From a virus (lineage: Duplodnaviria > Caudoviricetes), in the IMG/VR virus record IMGVR_UViG_3300017747_004268, positions 1-41,651 of that record: a stretch of DNA of 41,651 nucleotides. One strand, 5' to 3'. Shown here one piece after another: positions 16,905-26,866 of this stretch. The notes under the pieces are model-generated. The model did no database searches. It was not told the origin of the DNA and saw only the letters and a program-made list of their open reading frames with translations. Both the position numbers and the translations under genes were made by a program. How positions within the stretch are numbered: the stretch's first letter is position 1; each line of letters begins with the position of its first letter.

Positions 16905-18102
16905 CGCAAGTGTGGCGGCTGTGGGGGCGATCGGCGCCGCCACCGTCGGCGGCATCACCGGCGGCGAGGATTATTCGATGGACGACTTGCTGCGCTCGGC
17001 GGGAATCGGCGCGGTGACCGCTGGAATCGGCGGCGCGGCAACCGGCGGTCTTGGACCGGGCCTGGGCGGCGATCTGGCGGCAACAGGGTTCGACGCGGCG
17101 GGCAATGCCCTCATCGGCTCGGCTGGGGGCGGGGCTGGCGGCGGCGCCAATTTCCTTGGCGGCCTGGGCGGCGACATCGGCATCGATGCGGGCTTTGCTG
17201 TTGGCGAGGCTGGTATCCCGAGCGGCATTGCGGCGGAAATGAGCACGGCGGGCACCTCGGCCGGCGCCGCGGCGGCCGGCGCCGGTGGCGGCGTGACGCC
17301 ATCGGGCGGCATTCCAGGGGTCGATATCGTGCCTGGCGGCGGCACCGCCACGGCCACGCCGGCCGTGGAGGAAGGTCTGGGCCTGGGCAACCAATTGGGC
17401 GGCTTGGGCGGCGATACCGGGGTAGACGCGGGTTTTGCCGCCGGTGAGCAATTGCCGGCCGGGGTGGCGGGCGACGCAGTGTCCGCGCTGCCGGCGGAAA
17501 GCGCCGCGGCAGCCGGCGGGGGCCCATCGGCCGATGTCTCGGCCTTCGACAAGCCTGGCATGGAACTCAACCCATCGGGCGGCTTCCAGCCGATCAGCCC
17601 GGAGCCAGCGCCGCAAAGCCTCTGGCAGCAAGGCAAGGATTTCTTAAAGGAATATGGCAAACCAATCGGCCTCGCCGCCCAGGTCGGCCAGGGCCTCATG
17701 CGCGGCCAGGGCGCGGTGCCTGGCGTCGGCCAGCTCAACGCGATCGCCGGCCAGGCCCAGCAGACGGCGCAGCCCTTGCTGGCCGGCAATCTCACGCCGG
17801 CGCAGCAGGCGACGTTCAATCAGACCAAGGCCGCCATGCAGGCCCAGATCCGCAACAAATTCGCCCGCGCCGGCTTGTCGGGCTCGACCATGGAAGCCAG
17901 CGCGCTCAACCAGGTGGACGCCACGGTGCTGGCCCAGATGGGCCAGCAGCAGAGCGTCAACGTCGGCCAGGGCTTGCAGGCGCTCGGCGTCGCCGGCACC
18001 GCGTCGGGCAATGCGGCGGCCTTGCAGGCCCGCCGCGACGCCGAAACCCAGCGCGCCTTGCAGGCCTCGATGGGCGCGCTCGGGCGCCTGATGGCGAGCT
18101 GA
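16894..18102 (+). CDS. Gly/Ala-rich internal virion (ejection/pilot) protein
   Basis: Gly-rich hydrophobic N-terminus, Gln/Ala-rich C-terminus with AGLSGST motif; follows the GNAT; internal GGLGGDxGxDAGFAxGE repeat. Confidence 0.6.
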   Translation: MAVSASVAAVGAIGAATVGGITGGEDYSMDDLLRSAGIGAVTAGIGGAATGGLGPGLGGDLAATGFDAAGNALIGSAGGGAGGGANFLGGLGGDIGIDAGFAVGEAGIPSGIAAEMSTAGTSAGAAAAGAGGGVTPSGGIPGVDIVPGGGTATATPAVEEGLGLGNQLGGLGGDTGVDAGFAAGEQLPAGVAGDAVSALPAESAAAAGGGPSADVSAFDKPGMELNPSGGFQPISPEPAPQSLWQQGKDFLKEYGKPIGLAAQVGQGLMRGQGAVPGVGQLNAIAGQAQQTAQPLLAGNLTPAQQATFNQTKAAMQAQIRNKFARAGLSGSTMEASALNQVDATVLAQMGQQQSVNVGQGLQALGVAGTASGNAAALQARRDAETQRALQASMGALGRLMAS

Positions 18103-18103
18103 C

Positions 18104-19582
18104 ATGGCCGTTGCCGCCCCCATGGACGACGCGCTCACCGGGCCCGACCCGGCGAAATCGCCGCCGGCCGCACCGCCGCCCTCGGCCAGTTCCGACGGGC
18201 TCGATCAGATGTTCGGCGCCTTGGCCGCCTCGCAAAAGCGCATCGACCAATATTCCCAGGAGCGCCAGGCCGTCACCGGCCAGATGCGCCAGGCGATCGA
18301 AGGCGATATCGCTCAAGGGATGCCGCAGCGCCCGATGCTCGAGCTTTACCCGGAAAGCCCGGCGATCGGCAAGCTGATCGACCAGAAGGGCGCCTCGGAA
18401 TTCTTTTCCATCGCCTTCGGCCTGTCGGCCCTGGCCGGGCTGAAAACCAGCACGCCGATGATTTCGAGCCTCAACGCGGCGGCCGCGGCGATCAACGGCT
18501 ATGCCGACGGCAACCAGGAAAAGGCGGCGCTGGAATTCAAGAAGTTTCAGACCGATTTCACCCGCGCCAGGCAGGTCAACGCCGAGCGGCTGGACGCTTA
18601 CCAGACCATCCTCGATGACCGCAAGACGACGCTCAAGGCAAAGCTCGACCTGCTGAAAGACACCGCCAACGGCTACCGCGACGAGATCACGGCGGAAAAC
18701 GCCCGCCAAGGCAATATCCGCGCCTTGATCCAGACCATGGAGGCCGGCCGGCGCGCCGACGAGCGGCTGGGCCTGGCCTATGCGCAAATGCAGAACAAAG
18801 TCGAAACCACCGGCCAGGGGATGCAGGTCAAGCTGCCCAACGGAAAATTCGGCTATTGGAACGCCGCCAAGGGCGATTATGTGCGCGATGCCAGTGGCGA
18901 GCCGGTCGAAGCCGCGCCGCGCGCCTCGGGCAGCGCCATCAATCAGCGGTTCGCCTTCAACATGTCGGAAGCCTACCAGCAGGCGGCGACCGACCTGCTC
19001 AATGTCGCCAAGATGCCGGAAGGCACCGTGCTCGGCGCGTTGTCGGGCATGACCGGCCAGACGGGAGAAACGCTGCGCACGTCGCTTGCCAACACCTTCG
19101 CCCGCCAGGTGACCGAGAATGACGCCCGCATGTTCCAACAATTGGTCAGCGGCATCGAGAGCAACATGAGCCGCGCGCTCGGCGGCGGCTACGCCAATTC
19201 CGGCGCCAAGCACATCATCGACCTCTATAAGCAGCAAGCGCCCAAGGCGGGCGATTCGCCGGTGGTGATCGCCACCTTCATGGCGCGCGTCAAACAGGAA
19301 CTCGACATCTTCGCCGACCAATACGAGAACTATCCGGGGGCAAGCCCGGAACAGATCGAGAAGATGGCCAAGACGCGCGATGCCATCGACAGGGCCATTC
19401 CGTTCGATGTCGATGACGTGATCGGCGCCCAGAGCCGCGGCCGTCCCACAATCGGCCAGGCCGGCCCGACCGGCGAAAGCGACCAGACCCGCGCCACGGC
19501 GGCCTTCGGATCCTATGAGCCCGACAAATACGAATACGGCATCAATCCCTCGACCGGAAAATTCGCGCGGAGGCCCAAGTAA
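18104..19582 (+). CDS. Putative ejection (internal virion) protein
   Basis: 492 aa, helical; podovirus ejectosome position. Confidence 0.55.
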   Translation: MAVAAPMDDALTGPDPAKSPPAAPPPSASSDGLDQMFGALAASQKRIDQYSQERQAVTGQMRQAIEGDIAQGMPQRPMLELYPESPAIGKLIDQKGASEFFSIAFGLSALAGLKTSTPMISSLNAAAAAINGYADGNQEKAALEFKKFQTDFTRARQVNAERLDAYQTILDDRKTTLKAKLDLLKDTANGYRDEITAENARQGNIRALIQTMEAGRRADERLGLAYAQMQNKVETTGQGMQVKLPNGKFGYWNAAKGDYVRDASGEPVEAAPRASGSAINQRFAFNMSEAYQQAATDLLNVAKMPEGTVLGALSGMTGQTGETLRTSLANTFARQVTENDARMFQQLVSGIESNMSRALGGGYANSGAKHIIDLYKQQAPKAGDSPVVIATFMARVKQELDIFADQYENYPGASPEQIEKMAKTRDAIDRAIPFDVDDVIGAQSRGRPTIGQAGPTGESDQTRATAAFGSYEPDKYEYGINPSTGKFARRPK

Positions 19583-21735
19583 TGGCCGGCGAATGGGAAG
19601 ACGCGCCGGCGGCCGCGGGCGGCTGGGAGGATGCGCCGGCCGCACCCGCCGGCGGCGCCATGAATACGCTCACGTCGATTCCCGGCAATATCGCCGGCGA
19701 ATTCCAGGCCGGCACGCAAGAGGTCAACGAGGCCTTCGCCGAAAAGCAGGCCATGCTCGACGCCCGCCAGCGGCCATGGATCGTCGATCCGCGCGGGCTG
19801 CCATCGACATTGAAGATGGCTGGTGGCGCGTTGCGCCAGGCCTTCTCGCCGTTCACTGGCGCCGCCAAATCTCTCGTCGGTGATCCGATCCGTGGTCTTC
19901 CAGAATTCCCCGGCCAAGAACCCCTCGCGGTGACCGGGGAAATTCTTGGTGGGGGATTTGGCGCGCCTTATGTGGCGAAAGGCGCGTCGGAGATGATGCG
20001 GGGAATTGGGCGAGCCATCACCCCAAAATCCACCGGGAAAATCGCCGAGCAGAGCGCCGAATCCCTGCGCGCCAGGGCAGTTGGCGAAACCAGCGACATC
20101 ATCGGCGAGCAGGAGGCGGCGATGTCGCCGTTCCAGCGTAAGATTGCCGCCGTCGAAAAGGCCCAAGCAGAATTGGCGACCGGCGCCGACGTGGCCGCCG
20201 CCAGAGCGCGGGCCAAAGCCTTGCGGCCGGAGGAGGTCGCGGCGGAAAAACAGCGTGTCCTCGACGATCTGCGAGACCGAGCGCGGGCGGCGGAGGCCGA
20301 ATACCGCAGCGCCGGCGCGACCGCTGACGAGGCCAGAATGGCCGTAGCCCAAAATGAGGCGCGCGTCATGGAGGCCGAAACTGCCGTCACCGGCCTAGAA
20401 CAAAAACTACTTTCGACCCCAGGCATGACGGCCGATCAATTCGGCGCTGAATTGCGCAAATCGACCCAAGACCTTCACGACAAATATGTGAAGATTCGCA
20501 AGGATCAGTCCGGCTTCGGGGCCGCGCTGGATAGCGCGGGCGATTCATTGCGGATCGAAACCAAAACCATATCAGACTCTATTGATGCGCAGCTCAAGGG
20601 CATTCGTAACCCGGCTCTGGAAGGGGTGCTGAAGGAAGTGAAATCGTTGCTGCAATCAGACGGCAAGGATGCGCTCACCATCCGATCGGCCGATTCGCTG
20701 CGCGGGTATCTCGATAGCGTGATCGGCTCGCGTCAGTTCAAGGAGCGCAAGATCGACAAGGAAACGGTTTATGCGCTGGGCCAGATCAAGAAACAACTTG
20801 TGAAATCCTCCACCGAGAATTGGCAACCTTACAGGGAAGCCTTGGGGAAATGGCGCACGCTATCGCGGCCGCTCGATGTCGTCGAACGCAAGGGCGCCCT
20901 CAAAAAGGTGCTCGACACTGATCCGATTTCGACCGATTACGCCATGACCCAGGCGCAAGTCACGGGGCAGATTATCGCCAAGGCGCGCGCCGGGAACCCG
21001 GTGTTCACAACGCTTTTGAAGGAAAGCCCGGAATTGCGCGATTCCGCCAGGCTATATTTCACCCAGGACTTGTTTGGCAAGGAGGCGGTGCCGAGTGCGG
21101 CCAGTCTGCGCACCTGGCTGGCGCGCAATGAGGCGCCGCTGCGCCAGCTTGGCCTTTACCAGGAATTCCGTGGCATCCGAACGGCGCGGGAAACGGCGCA
21201 GCGCGCGGTCGAGGAAGCAAAAGGCGCCCGCAAGCCGCTCTCGGATCGCATCCGTCTCGCCGAGCAAGCCGAGCGAACCGCCAAGGAAAACCGCGTCTAC
21301 CAGGAAAGTCTGCGCGAAAAGCAAAAAAAGCGCATCGCCGAAACGGTCGGTGGCATTGAGACGCCGGAGCAGATCGCCGAACGCGCGAGCGCCAAAGCGA
21401 AGGAGGCTGGGACTCGTCTCGGCCAGGAGAAGACCGCCGCCGAGAGAGAGATTGCCGGGCCGCAGAAACTCGCCGACAAATACAAACAAGCCCGCACCGA
21501 GATCGAATCCGCTTCGGCGCGCGAGGTGCCGCAGAAAGCGCGCGCCACGATTGCCAACATGCGCCGTGACGGCTTGATCGATGACACGCAATACACCGAA
21601 CTGCTGACTCAGATTCAGCGGGTGGAAAATGTCTATGGCGAAAGCGACAAATCCAAGCAGATGATCATTAAAATTCTCGGGTATGCCGGCTTGGGCGGCC
21701 TCGGCCTCATGGGGGCGAAAGAACTTCTGCCATGA
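19582..21735 (+). CDS. Putative large ejection (internal virion) protein
   Basis: N-terminal WEDAP repeats, coiled coils, hydrophobic C-terminus. Confidence 0.55.
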   Translation: MAGEWEDAPAAAGGWEDAPAAPAGGAMNTLTSIPGNIAGEFQAGTQEVNEAFAEKQAMLDARQRPWIVDPRGLPSTLKMAGGALRQAFSPFTGAAKSLVGDPIRGLPEFPGQEPLAVTGEILGGGFGAPYVAKGASEMMRGIGRAITPKSTGKIAEQSAESLRARAVGETSDIIGEQEAAMSPFQRKIAAVEKAQAELATGADVAAARARAKALRPEEVAAEKQRVLDDLRDRARAAEAEYRSAGATADEARMAVAQNEARVMEAETAVTGLEQKLLSTPGMTADQFGAELRKSTQDLHDKYVKIRKDQSGFGAALDSAGDSLRIETKTISDSIDAQLKGIRNPALEGVLKEVKSLLQSDGKDALTIRSADSLRGYLDSVIGSRQFKERKIDKETVYALGQIKKQLVKSSTENWQPYREALGKWRTLSRPLDVVERKGALKKVLDTDPISTDYAMTQAQVTGQIIAKARAGNPVFTTLLKESPELRDSARLYFTQDLFGKEAVPSAASLRTWLARNEAPLRQLGLYQEFRGIRTARETAQRAVEEAKGARKPLSDRIRLAEQAERTAKENRVYQESLREKQKKRIAETVGGIETPEQIAERASAKAKEAGTRLGQEKTAAEREIAGPQKLADKYKQARTEIESASAREVPQKARATIANMRRDGLIDDTQYTELLTQIQRVENVYGESDKSKQMIIKILGYAGLGGLGLMGAKELLP

Positions 21736-21959
21736 CCGACAAATCCCTCACCGACCAGATCGACAAGGCGCTCGGCACGGCGCTCAAGCGGCTCGGCAAA
21801 TCCGGCGAGGAAAAGTTGACGGTCAAGGAGGAAATGTCGATCATCAACTCCGCGATCAAATGGGAAGCGGTCAAGAACAAGCTGGCCGAGGGCACCATGG
21901 GCAGCGAATTGATGAGCGACGATGACGACGAACAGGGAGGGGACGACGATGACCCGTGA
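21732..21959 (+). CDS. Hypothetical protein with an acidic tail
   Basis: ATGA overlap; GC3-rich codons. Confidence 0.65.
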   Translation: MTDKSLTDQIDKALGTALKRLGKSGEEKLTVKEEMSIINSAIKWEAVKNKLAEGTMGSELMSDDDDEQGGDDDDP

Positions 21960-22200
21960 CCAGGTGAGCGCCGCCATGAAACTGGCCAATGCCGGGCTCA
22001 AGATGCTGGCTTTGCGCCTCCATAGCCTGCTGGCCTTGCTGGCGACCGCCGCCATGTTCGGCTATGCGGTAGCCGAGCCCGATTCGCAGCGCACCATCGC
22101 TGCCAGCCTGTTCGCGCTGTTCGCCGGTTGGGTGTTCCTGATCGGCCGCGAGAAGGTAACCATCGCGCCGCCGCCCGAACCACCGGAAAACCAAGGATAG
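21949..22200 (+). CDS. Two-TM membrane protein
   Basis: GGAGG SD; two hydrophobic helices. Confidence 0.65.
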   Translation: MTRDQVSAAMKLANAGLKMLALRLHSLLALLATAAMFGYAVAEPDSQRTIAASLFALFAGWVFLIGREKVTIAPPPEPPENQG

Positions 22201-22205
22201 CCGCC

Positions 22206-23567
22206 ATGCCTGTCGTCGATTCCGGTGAAGGCACGCCGGTCCGCATCAAATCGATCGATCCAAGCATCTCGATCGGCGGCGGCACGCAATACGCCGCCGG
22301 CACGACGTTCTCGGCCACCGATACCGTCACCATGGCCGGCGTGGTGCAGAAAGCCGCCGATGCCGGCCTGGTGGCCGATGGCGATGTCTCGGCCTTGCAG
22401 GTCGATGCCAACGGCTATCTCAAGGTCAACATCAAGGCGGGCGCTGGTTCCGGCGGCACGGCTTCCGCCGACAACAGCGCCTTCACCGGCGGCGCCACCA
22501 ATCTGACGCCGATGGGCGCGATCTACGACACCACGCCCCCCGCCATTACCGATGGCAATGTCGGCACGCCGCGCATGAACACCAACCGCGATCTTCATAG
22601 TTTCCCGGTGGACGGCACCGGCGCGTCGATGACCGATGACGTCAACCATGCGCTGCAGGTCAACATGGTGGCGGGCACCATCAGCGCCGTGACGGTCGAT
22701 AACGGCGCCGGTGCCGCGGCGGTCAATATCCAAGACGGCGGCAACACCATCACGGTGGACGGCGCGGTGACGGTTTCCGGCGTGGTGGCGGCGCAGCAGT
22801 CGGGCGTGTGGAACGTCACCATCAACGCCGCCCTGCCCGCCGGCACCAATAACATCGGCGATGTCGATGTTCTGAGCCTGCCCGCTTTGCCCGCCGGCAA
22901 CAACAATATTGGCGATGTAGACGTGGCCAGCCTGCCGGCGCTGCCGGCCGGTAACAACAACATCGGTGACGTGGATATTGCCTCGATTGCGGCCGGCGAC
23001 AACAACATCGGCAATGTCGATGTGGTGACTCTGCCCGCGCTGCCGGCGGGCACCAACAATATCGGCGACGTGGACGTGGCCACCACCAACGGCCAGTCGG
23101 CCCATGACGCGCCGATCGCCGGCAATCCGATCCGCATCGCCGGGCGCGCCGGCAATGCCGATTACACCGCCGTGGCCAATGGCGATACCGCCGATATCCT
23201 GACCGATCTCAACGGCCGCCAGGTGGTGGCGCCCTACACCCTGCCGGAAAACCTGATCTCGGGCGTGACGGCGGCCATCACCACCGCGACCAATGCCTCG
23301 GTCATCGTCGCTGGCAGCGGGGTCTTGCGCAACTACATCACCACGCTGATGGCGACAAATTCCCACGCCTCGACCGGCGCGCTGGTGACCTTCACCGATG
23401 GTTCCGGCGGCACGGCGCTCTACCGCGGATGGGCCGCGCCAAACGGTGGCGGCTTCGCGGTGACGCTTCCCACGCCGCTGCGCGGCGGCGTCACCACCGC
23501 CACCTTCGTCACCACCGATTCCGCGGCCAATGTCTATGCCTCGGCCTCGGGCTATCGGGGCATTTGA
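22206..23567 (+). CDS. Tail fibre/spike-like protein with LPAGxNNIGDVDV repeats
   Basis: Beta-rich, Gly/Thr/Asn-rich; five ~15-18-aa repeats. Confidence 0.65.
   Translation: MPVVDSGEGTPVRIKSIDPSISIGGGTQYAAGTTFSATDTVTMAGVVQKAADAGLVADGDVSALQVDANGYLKVNIKAGAGSGGTASADNSAFTGGATNLTPMGAIYDTTPPAITDGNVGTPRMNTNRDLHSFPVDGTGASMTDDVNHALQVNMVAGTISAVTVDNGAGAAAVNIQDGGNTITVDGAVTVSGVVAAQQSGVWNVTINAALPAGTNNIGDVDVLSLPALPAGNNNIGDVDVASLPALPAGNNNIGDVDIASIAAGDNNIGNVDVVTLPALPAGTNNIGDVDVATTNGQSAHDAPIAGNPIRIAGRAGNADYTAVANGDTADILTDLNGRQVVAPYTLPENLISGVTAAITTATNASVIVAGSGVLRNYITTLMATNSHASTGALVTFTDGSGGTALYRGWAAPNGGGFAVTLPTPLRGGVTTATFVTTDSAANVYASASGYRGI
22833..23080 (+). repeat. Coding tandem repeat, 5 x (LPA)LPAGxNNIG(D/N)VD(V/I)
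   Basis: Visible in the translation; diverged at synonymous sites. Confidence 0.9.
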
Positions 23568-23746
23568 TGGGGCTCTCCATCGAACAGAAACACGCGCTGT
23601 TCGACGATCTCGATAGGATTGTCAACGGCCGCTCCGGGACAGGCAAGAGCCGGTATTTTAGGGCCTTGTGCCAGTTGATGAAAGACCTCGGGGCCGAGCT
23701 TGGCCGCGATCCTGCGCGTGTTCCGCCAGGGTGGAGCCGCCCATGA
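23567..23746 (+). CDS. Hypothetical protein
   Basis: TGATG and ATGA overlaps with both neighbours. Confidence 0.5.
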   Translation: MGLSIEQKHALFDDLDRIVNGRSGTGKSRYFRALCQLMKDLGAELGRDPARVPPGWSRP

Positions 23747-24450
23747 GCGCGCTATTCGATAACGACGCCGCTAAACTGCTGTCGGCGACTCTGACTGGCA
23801 CAAACATCGCCGTGCAGACGAACAATCGGCTAATTACCTTCCCGGTCAAGTTCACCTCCATCGGTGCGTTCGACGTGGTTTGCAATCTCGGGGACAACGC
23901 CAATATCCGACAGAGCATCAACGTCTACACCGGCGGCTCCGAGGCTTTTTTCACGCCGGACGGGTTCACCAGCGAATGGTTCGCTGAGATCGCGCCGGAG
24001 CCCTCCACCGGGGTGTGGATGCTCAAGGGCTGCTACATGCCCGCGAACGCCAACGGCGTGAGCAAGACCATCAAGCACTATCAGGACGCGGTTTCGGCCA
24101 CCATGTCGCTCAACGGCACCGCCGACACGGGAAACATGATGGCATTGACTCTGGGCAACGCATCGTTTCCGGCCGATTGTCGCATGTGCGACTTTGCCAT
24201 CTGGCTGGTGGCCAACGAGACGGCGGCGGATTCGATCGTGAGCGCGCTGTATAACAACGGCAATTTTCGCCGCGCCAATGCCATCCCTTGGGTGGCGCGG
24301 CCGACCTATTACTGGCCCCTGTTGTCCGACGCAGGCGCGCTGATCGGCTCGCCTGGCCTGAGCAATTCCGGGTCAGTCACCTTTAGCGCCGACTCTCCAC
24401 GCTTTAAACCGCCCAACCAGCGCCTTTTGCTCGGGGTCGGTGGGCCTTGA
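23743..24450 (+). CDS. Putative LamG/concanavalin-like tail-associated protein
   Basis: LTLGN...CRMCDFAIW...SALYNNG...YYWPL pattern resembles LamG_3. Confidence 0.5.
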   Translation: MSALFDNDAAKLLSATLTGTNIAVQTNNRLITFPVKFTSIGAFDVVCNLGDNANIRQSINVYTGGSEAFFTPDGFTSEWFAEIAPEPSTGVWMLKGCYMPANANGVSKTIKHYQDAVSATMSLNGTADTGNMMALTLGNASFPADCRMCDFAIWLVANETAADSIVSALYNNGNFRRANAIPWVARPTYYWPLLSDAGALIGSPGLSNSGSVTFSADSPRFKPPNQRLLLGVGGP

Positions 24451-24500
24451 TGCTGGCGGTTGACAAAAAATCGTTCTATCCTGCCCCAAAGGAGAATCCG

Positions 24501-24725
24501 ATGCCCATCGTAAAGAAATCCTATCTCCAAGACAACCGCGCCACCGGCATGATCGCCGTGCCGCCGTTCTACGGCGACCCGTCCAAGGACGCCTGGAAGG
24601 ACCGGGCTCAGGGCGGCTATGCCGGGGTCTATGTGTTCGACGGCACCGACCAGGGCAAGCCGCGCTGGGACGGCGGCACCGATACCGAGCGCGCCCCGGT
24701 CAGCTTCCCCAACAAGCGGTCGTGA
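24501..24725 (+). CDS. Hypothetical protein
   Basis: AAGGAG SD; AT-rich upstream region containing TTGACA. Confidence 0.7.
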   Translation: MPIVKKSYLQDNRATGMIAVPPFYGDPSKDAWKDRAQGGYAGVYVFDGTDQGKPRWDGGTDTERAPVSFPNKRS

Positions 24726-24726
24726 C

Positions 24727-25074
24727 ATGAGCGGGCTGTCCTCCCGCCTCACCGTCCCGGTCGGCCAGAACGGCGCGCTGCCCTATCCGAAACTGCTGTG
24801 GTCGAGCGGCCAGGTGGTGGCCAGCGGCGCCACGTCGGTGGCCTCGGCGGTCTTCGACAGCCAATTGGATACCGTGGTGGAACTCTGTGCCACCGCCGAT
24901 TGCTGGATCGCGGTGGCGGCCTCGCCGACCGCCGTCAGCGCCGGCGCCGGCTGCATGTTCGTCTCAGGCGGCCGGGTGCGTCAGGTCTATGTGCCGCAAA
25001 GCCAGAAGATCGCGGCGATCCAGGCGCAGACGGTCGGCTCGGTCGCTCTCATCCCCGCTGCCGCCGGGCCATAA
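24727..25074 (+). CDS. Small beta-rich virion-associated protein
   Basis: VELCATADCWIAVAASPTA...KIAAIQ pattern; tight spacing. Confidence 0.6.
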   Translation: MSGLSSRLTVPVGQNGALPYPKLLWSSGQVVASGATSVASAVFDSQLDTVVELCATADCWIAVAASPTAVSAGAGCMFVSGGRVRQVYVPQSQKIAAIQAQTVGSVALIPAAAGP

Positions 25075-25077
25075 GCC

Positions 25078-25953
25078 GTGGCGAACGTCTCGGTCCCAAC
25101 CGCCTTCGCCGCCGTCACGACCGCCGACACGGTCGATCTCGACGCCGACTTCCAGGCGCTGGTGGATTTCATCAACAATCCGCTCAACCGCGGCAATTAC
25201 GCCGCCGACATCGGCACGGTCAATGCCTATATCGTCAACCCGACCCCTGCACTGACCAACACCAACGCCGGCCAGCTCATCACCTGGACGCCGGCCAATA
25301 CCTGCACCGGGGCCTCGACCGTCAATTTCTCGTCGCTCGGCGCGCTGCCGATCAAAAAACTGTCCGCTGGCGCCCTCGCCGACACGGCCTCGGGCGATAT
25401 CGCCTCGGGCGTGGCCTGCGTCACCATGACCAATGGGGCCTCGAATGTGGTGCTGGTCAATCCCTCGGATGCCGTGGCCGCCACAGTCACCACGCTCGGC
25501 ACCCCGACAGCCACCACATCCGGCACTTCGATCACATTTTCCGGCATTCCGGCCGGCACCAAATATATTTCCATGAGCCTGGTCGGGGTTTCGACCAACG
25601 GATCGTCTCCGGCTATAGTGCAGCTCGGCGCTGCCGGCGGCGTGGAAAATACAGGCTATCTCTCCGCTGGCGCAAACGGCGCGATCGCCGCGAATTTTAC
25701 CAATGGATTTGGCCTGCAAAATTCCGCCGCGCCAGGGTCTCTTCACCATGGAACGGTGCATTTCAATCTAGAAAACAGCACAAATTTTACATGGTCAGCC
25801 AGCGGCATCCTCGCGTTGAGCAATTCGGCGACCGTCTACACATCCGCCGGCGCGAAGTCGCTCAGTTCGGAATTGACAACGGTGGTGCTGACAACCAGCG
25901 GCGGCACCGATGCCTTTGACGCGGGCCAGGTCAATATCGCTTATCATAGCTGA
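25078..25953 (+). CDS. Tail fibre protein
   Basis: N-terminal DLDADF anchor-like segment; NTCTGASTVNFSSLGALPIKK...GDI motif common in fibres; C-terminal TFSGIP...FDAGQVNI module. Confidence 0.7.
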   Translation: MANVSVPTAFAAVTTADTVDLDADFQALVDFINNPLNRGNYAADIGTVNAYIVNPTPALTNTNAGQLITWTPANTCTGASTVNFSSLGALPIKKLSAGALADTASGDIASGVACVTMTNGASNVVLVNPSDAVAATVTTLGTPTATTSGTSITFSGIPAGTKYISMSLVGVSTNGSSPAIVQLGAAGGVENTGYLSAGANGAIAANFTNGFGLQNSAAPGSLHHGTVHFNLENSTNFTWSASGILALSNSATVYTSAGAKSLSSELTTVVLTTSGGTDAFDAGQVNIAYHS

Positions 25954-25962
25954 GGATATACT

Positions 25963-26865
25963 ATGCTCCGCCCCATAATTGCCGCTGTTTTCTTGTGGTT
26001 GGCCTTCCCATCGCCAGCATCCGCCCTGCAAAATGTTGTCTCATCGGCCTTTGCCATTTCCAGCCCCGATTCGGCCAACCCCGCCGGGAACGCCTTCGAC
26101 GGCGGTCTGATTACCAATTGGGCGACGGCGACGGCGACGATCAACGCGCAATCGGGGGCCGAATGGATTGGCCAGGATTTTGGCGCGGGGAACAGCCACG
26201 CGATCATCCAAATCACCATCGAACAACTATCCGCCGCCACGGCCATCAACAGCGTCAAAGTGCGCTATGGCGATTGCTCGACTTGGACGGTGCTCGGAAC
26301 TTATTCCGTCACCAAGGACGCTGGGCTCAATACCATCGATTTTTCATCGGTCGGCGCGCACCGCTGCTGGTCCTTGCTGGCCAATGCCAACGCCGGCGGC
26401 AACGAGCGATGGCAAGTCACCCGCATCACCATGTCGGTGGCTTCCGGCGGTTCGCCATCGCCGAAATTCCAGGCCTATCGCAGCGTCGATTTTAACGTCA
26501 CCACGGGATCCTTCTTCGTGGTGCCGTTCGATGCGCAATGGTATGACACCAACGCCAATTATGACCCCGCCACCTATCGTTTCCAGCCGAGTGTCGCGGG
26601 GTATTATGCGATCTGCGCCCAAGTCATGATCAAAGGCACGATCACCGGCAATGTCCACGTCGAAGTCACGAAGAACGCCGATGTTTCCGGCGGATTCGTC
26701 AAGCCGTGGTGGGCGCCGGCCGAGGGCCTGTTTGGCTATTGCATCGATATCCCGATGAACGGGACCAGCGATTTTCTCGATGTGCGGGTCAAAGTCGTCA
26801 GCGGCTCGAACGTTCAGATCGATGGCGAGCGGTCTTGGTTTATCGGCCACTTTATCGGGACGTGA
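25963..26865 (+). CDS. Signal-peptide protein with F5/8-C (discoidin)-like and C1q-like domains
   Basis: MLRPIIAAVFLWLAFPSPASA signal; NAFDG...EWIGQDFG; PKFQAYR...FD...YDPATYRFQPSVAGYY. Confidence 0.65.
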   Translation: MLRPIIAAVFLWLAFPSPASALQNVVSSAFAISSPDSANPAGNAFDGGLITNWATATATINAQSGAEWIGQDFGAGNSHAIIQITIEQLSAATAINSVKVRYGDCSTWTVLGTYSVTKDAGLNTIDFSSVGAHRCWSLLANANAGGNERWQVTRITMSVASGGSPSPKFQAYRSVDFNVTTGSFFVVPFDAQWYDTNANYDPATYRFQPSVAGYYAICAQVMIKGTITGNVHVEVTKNADVSGGFVKPWWAPAEGLFGYCIDIPMNGTSDFLDVRVKVVSGSNVQIDGERSWFIGHFIGT

Positions 26866-26866
26866 C

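Noticed and set aside
22833-23080. CRISPR-like array
   Set aside because: Repeats are in-frame coding units with synonymous variation and no unique spacers; no CRISPR array or cas gene seen anywhere in the window
6925-23366. Long antisense or alternative-frame ORFs (e.g. 6925-8730, 10672-12792, 17957-19645, 22062-23366)
   Set aside because: Shadow ORFs expected from high GC3 on the coding strand; no motifs or SD sites
24460-24482. Sigma70 promoter TTGACA...TATCCT before 24501
   Set aside because: Spacer is only 11 nt; may still be regulatory but is not a canonical promoter
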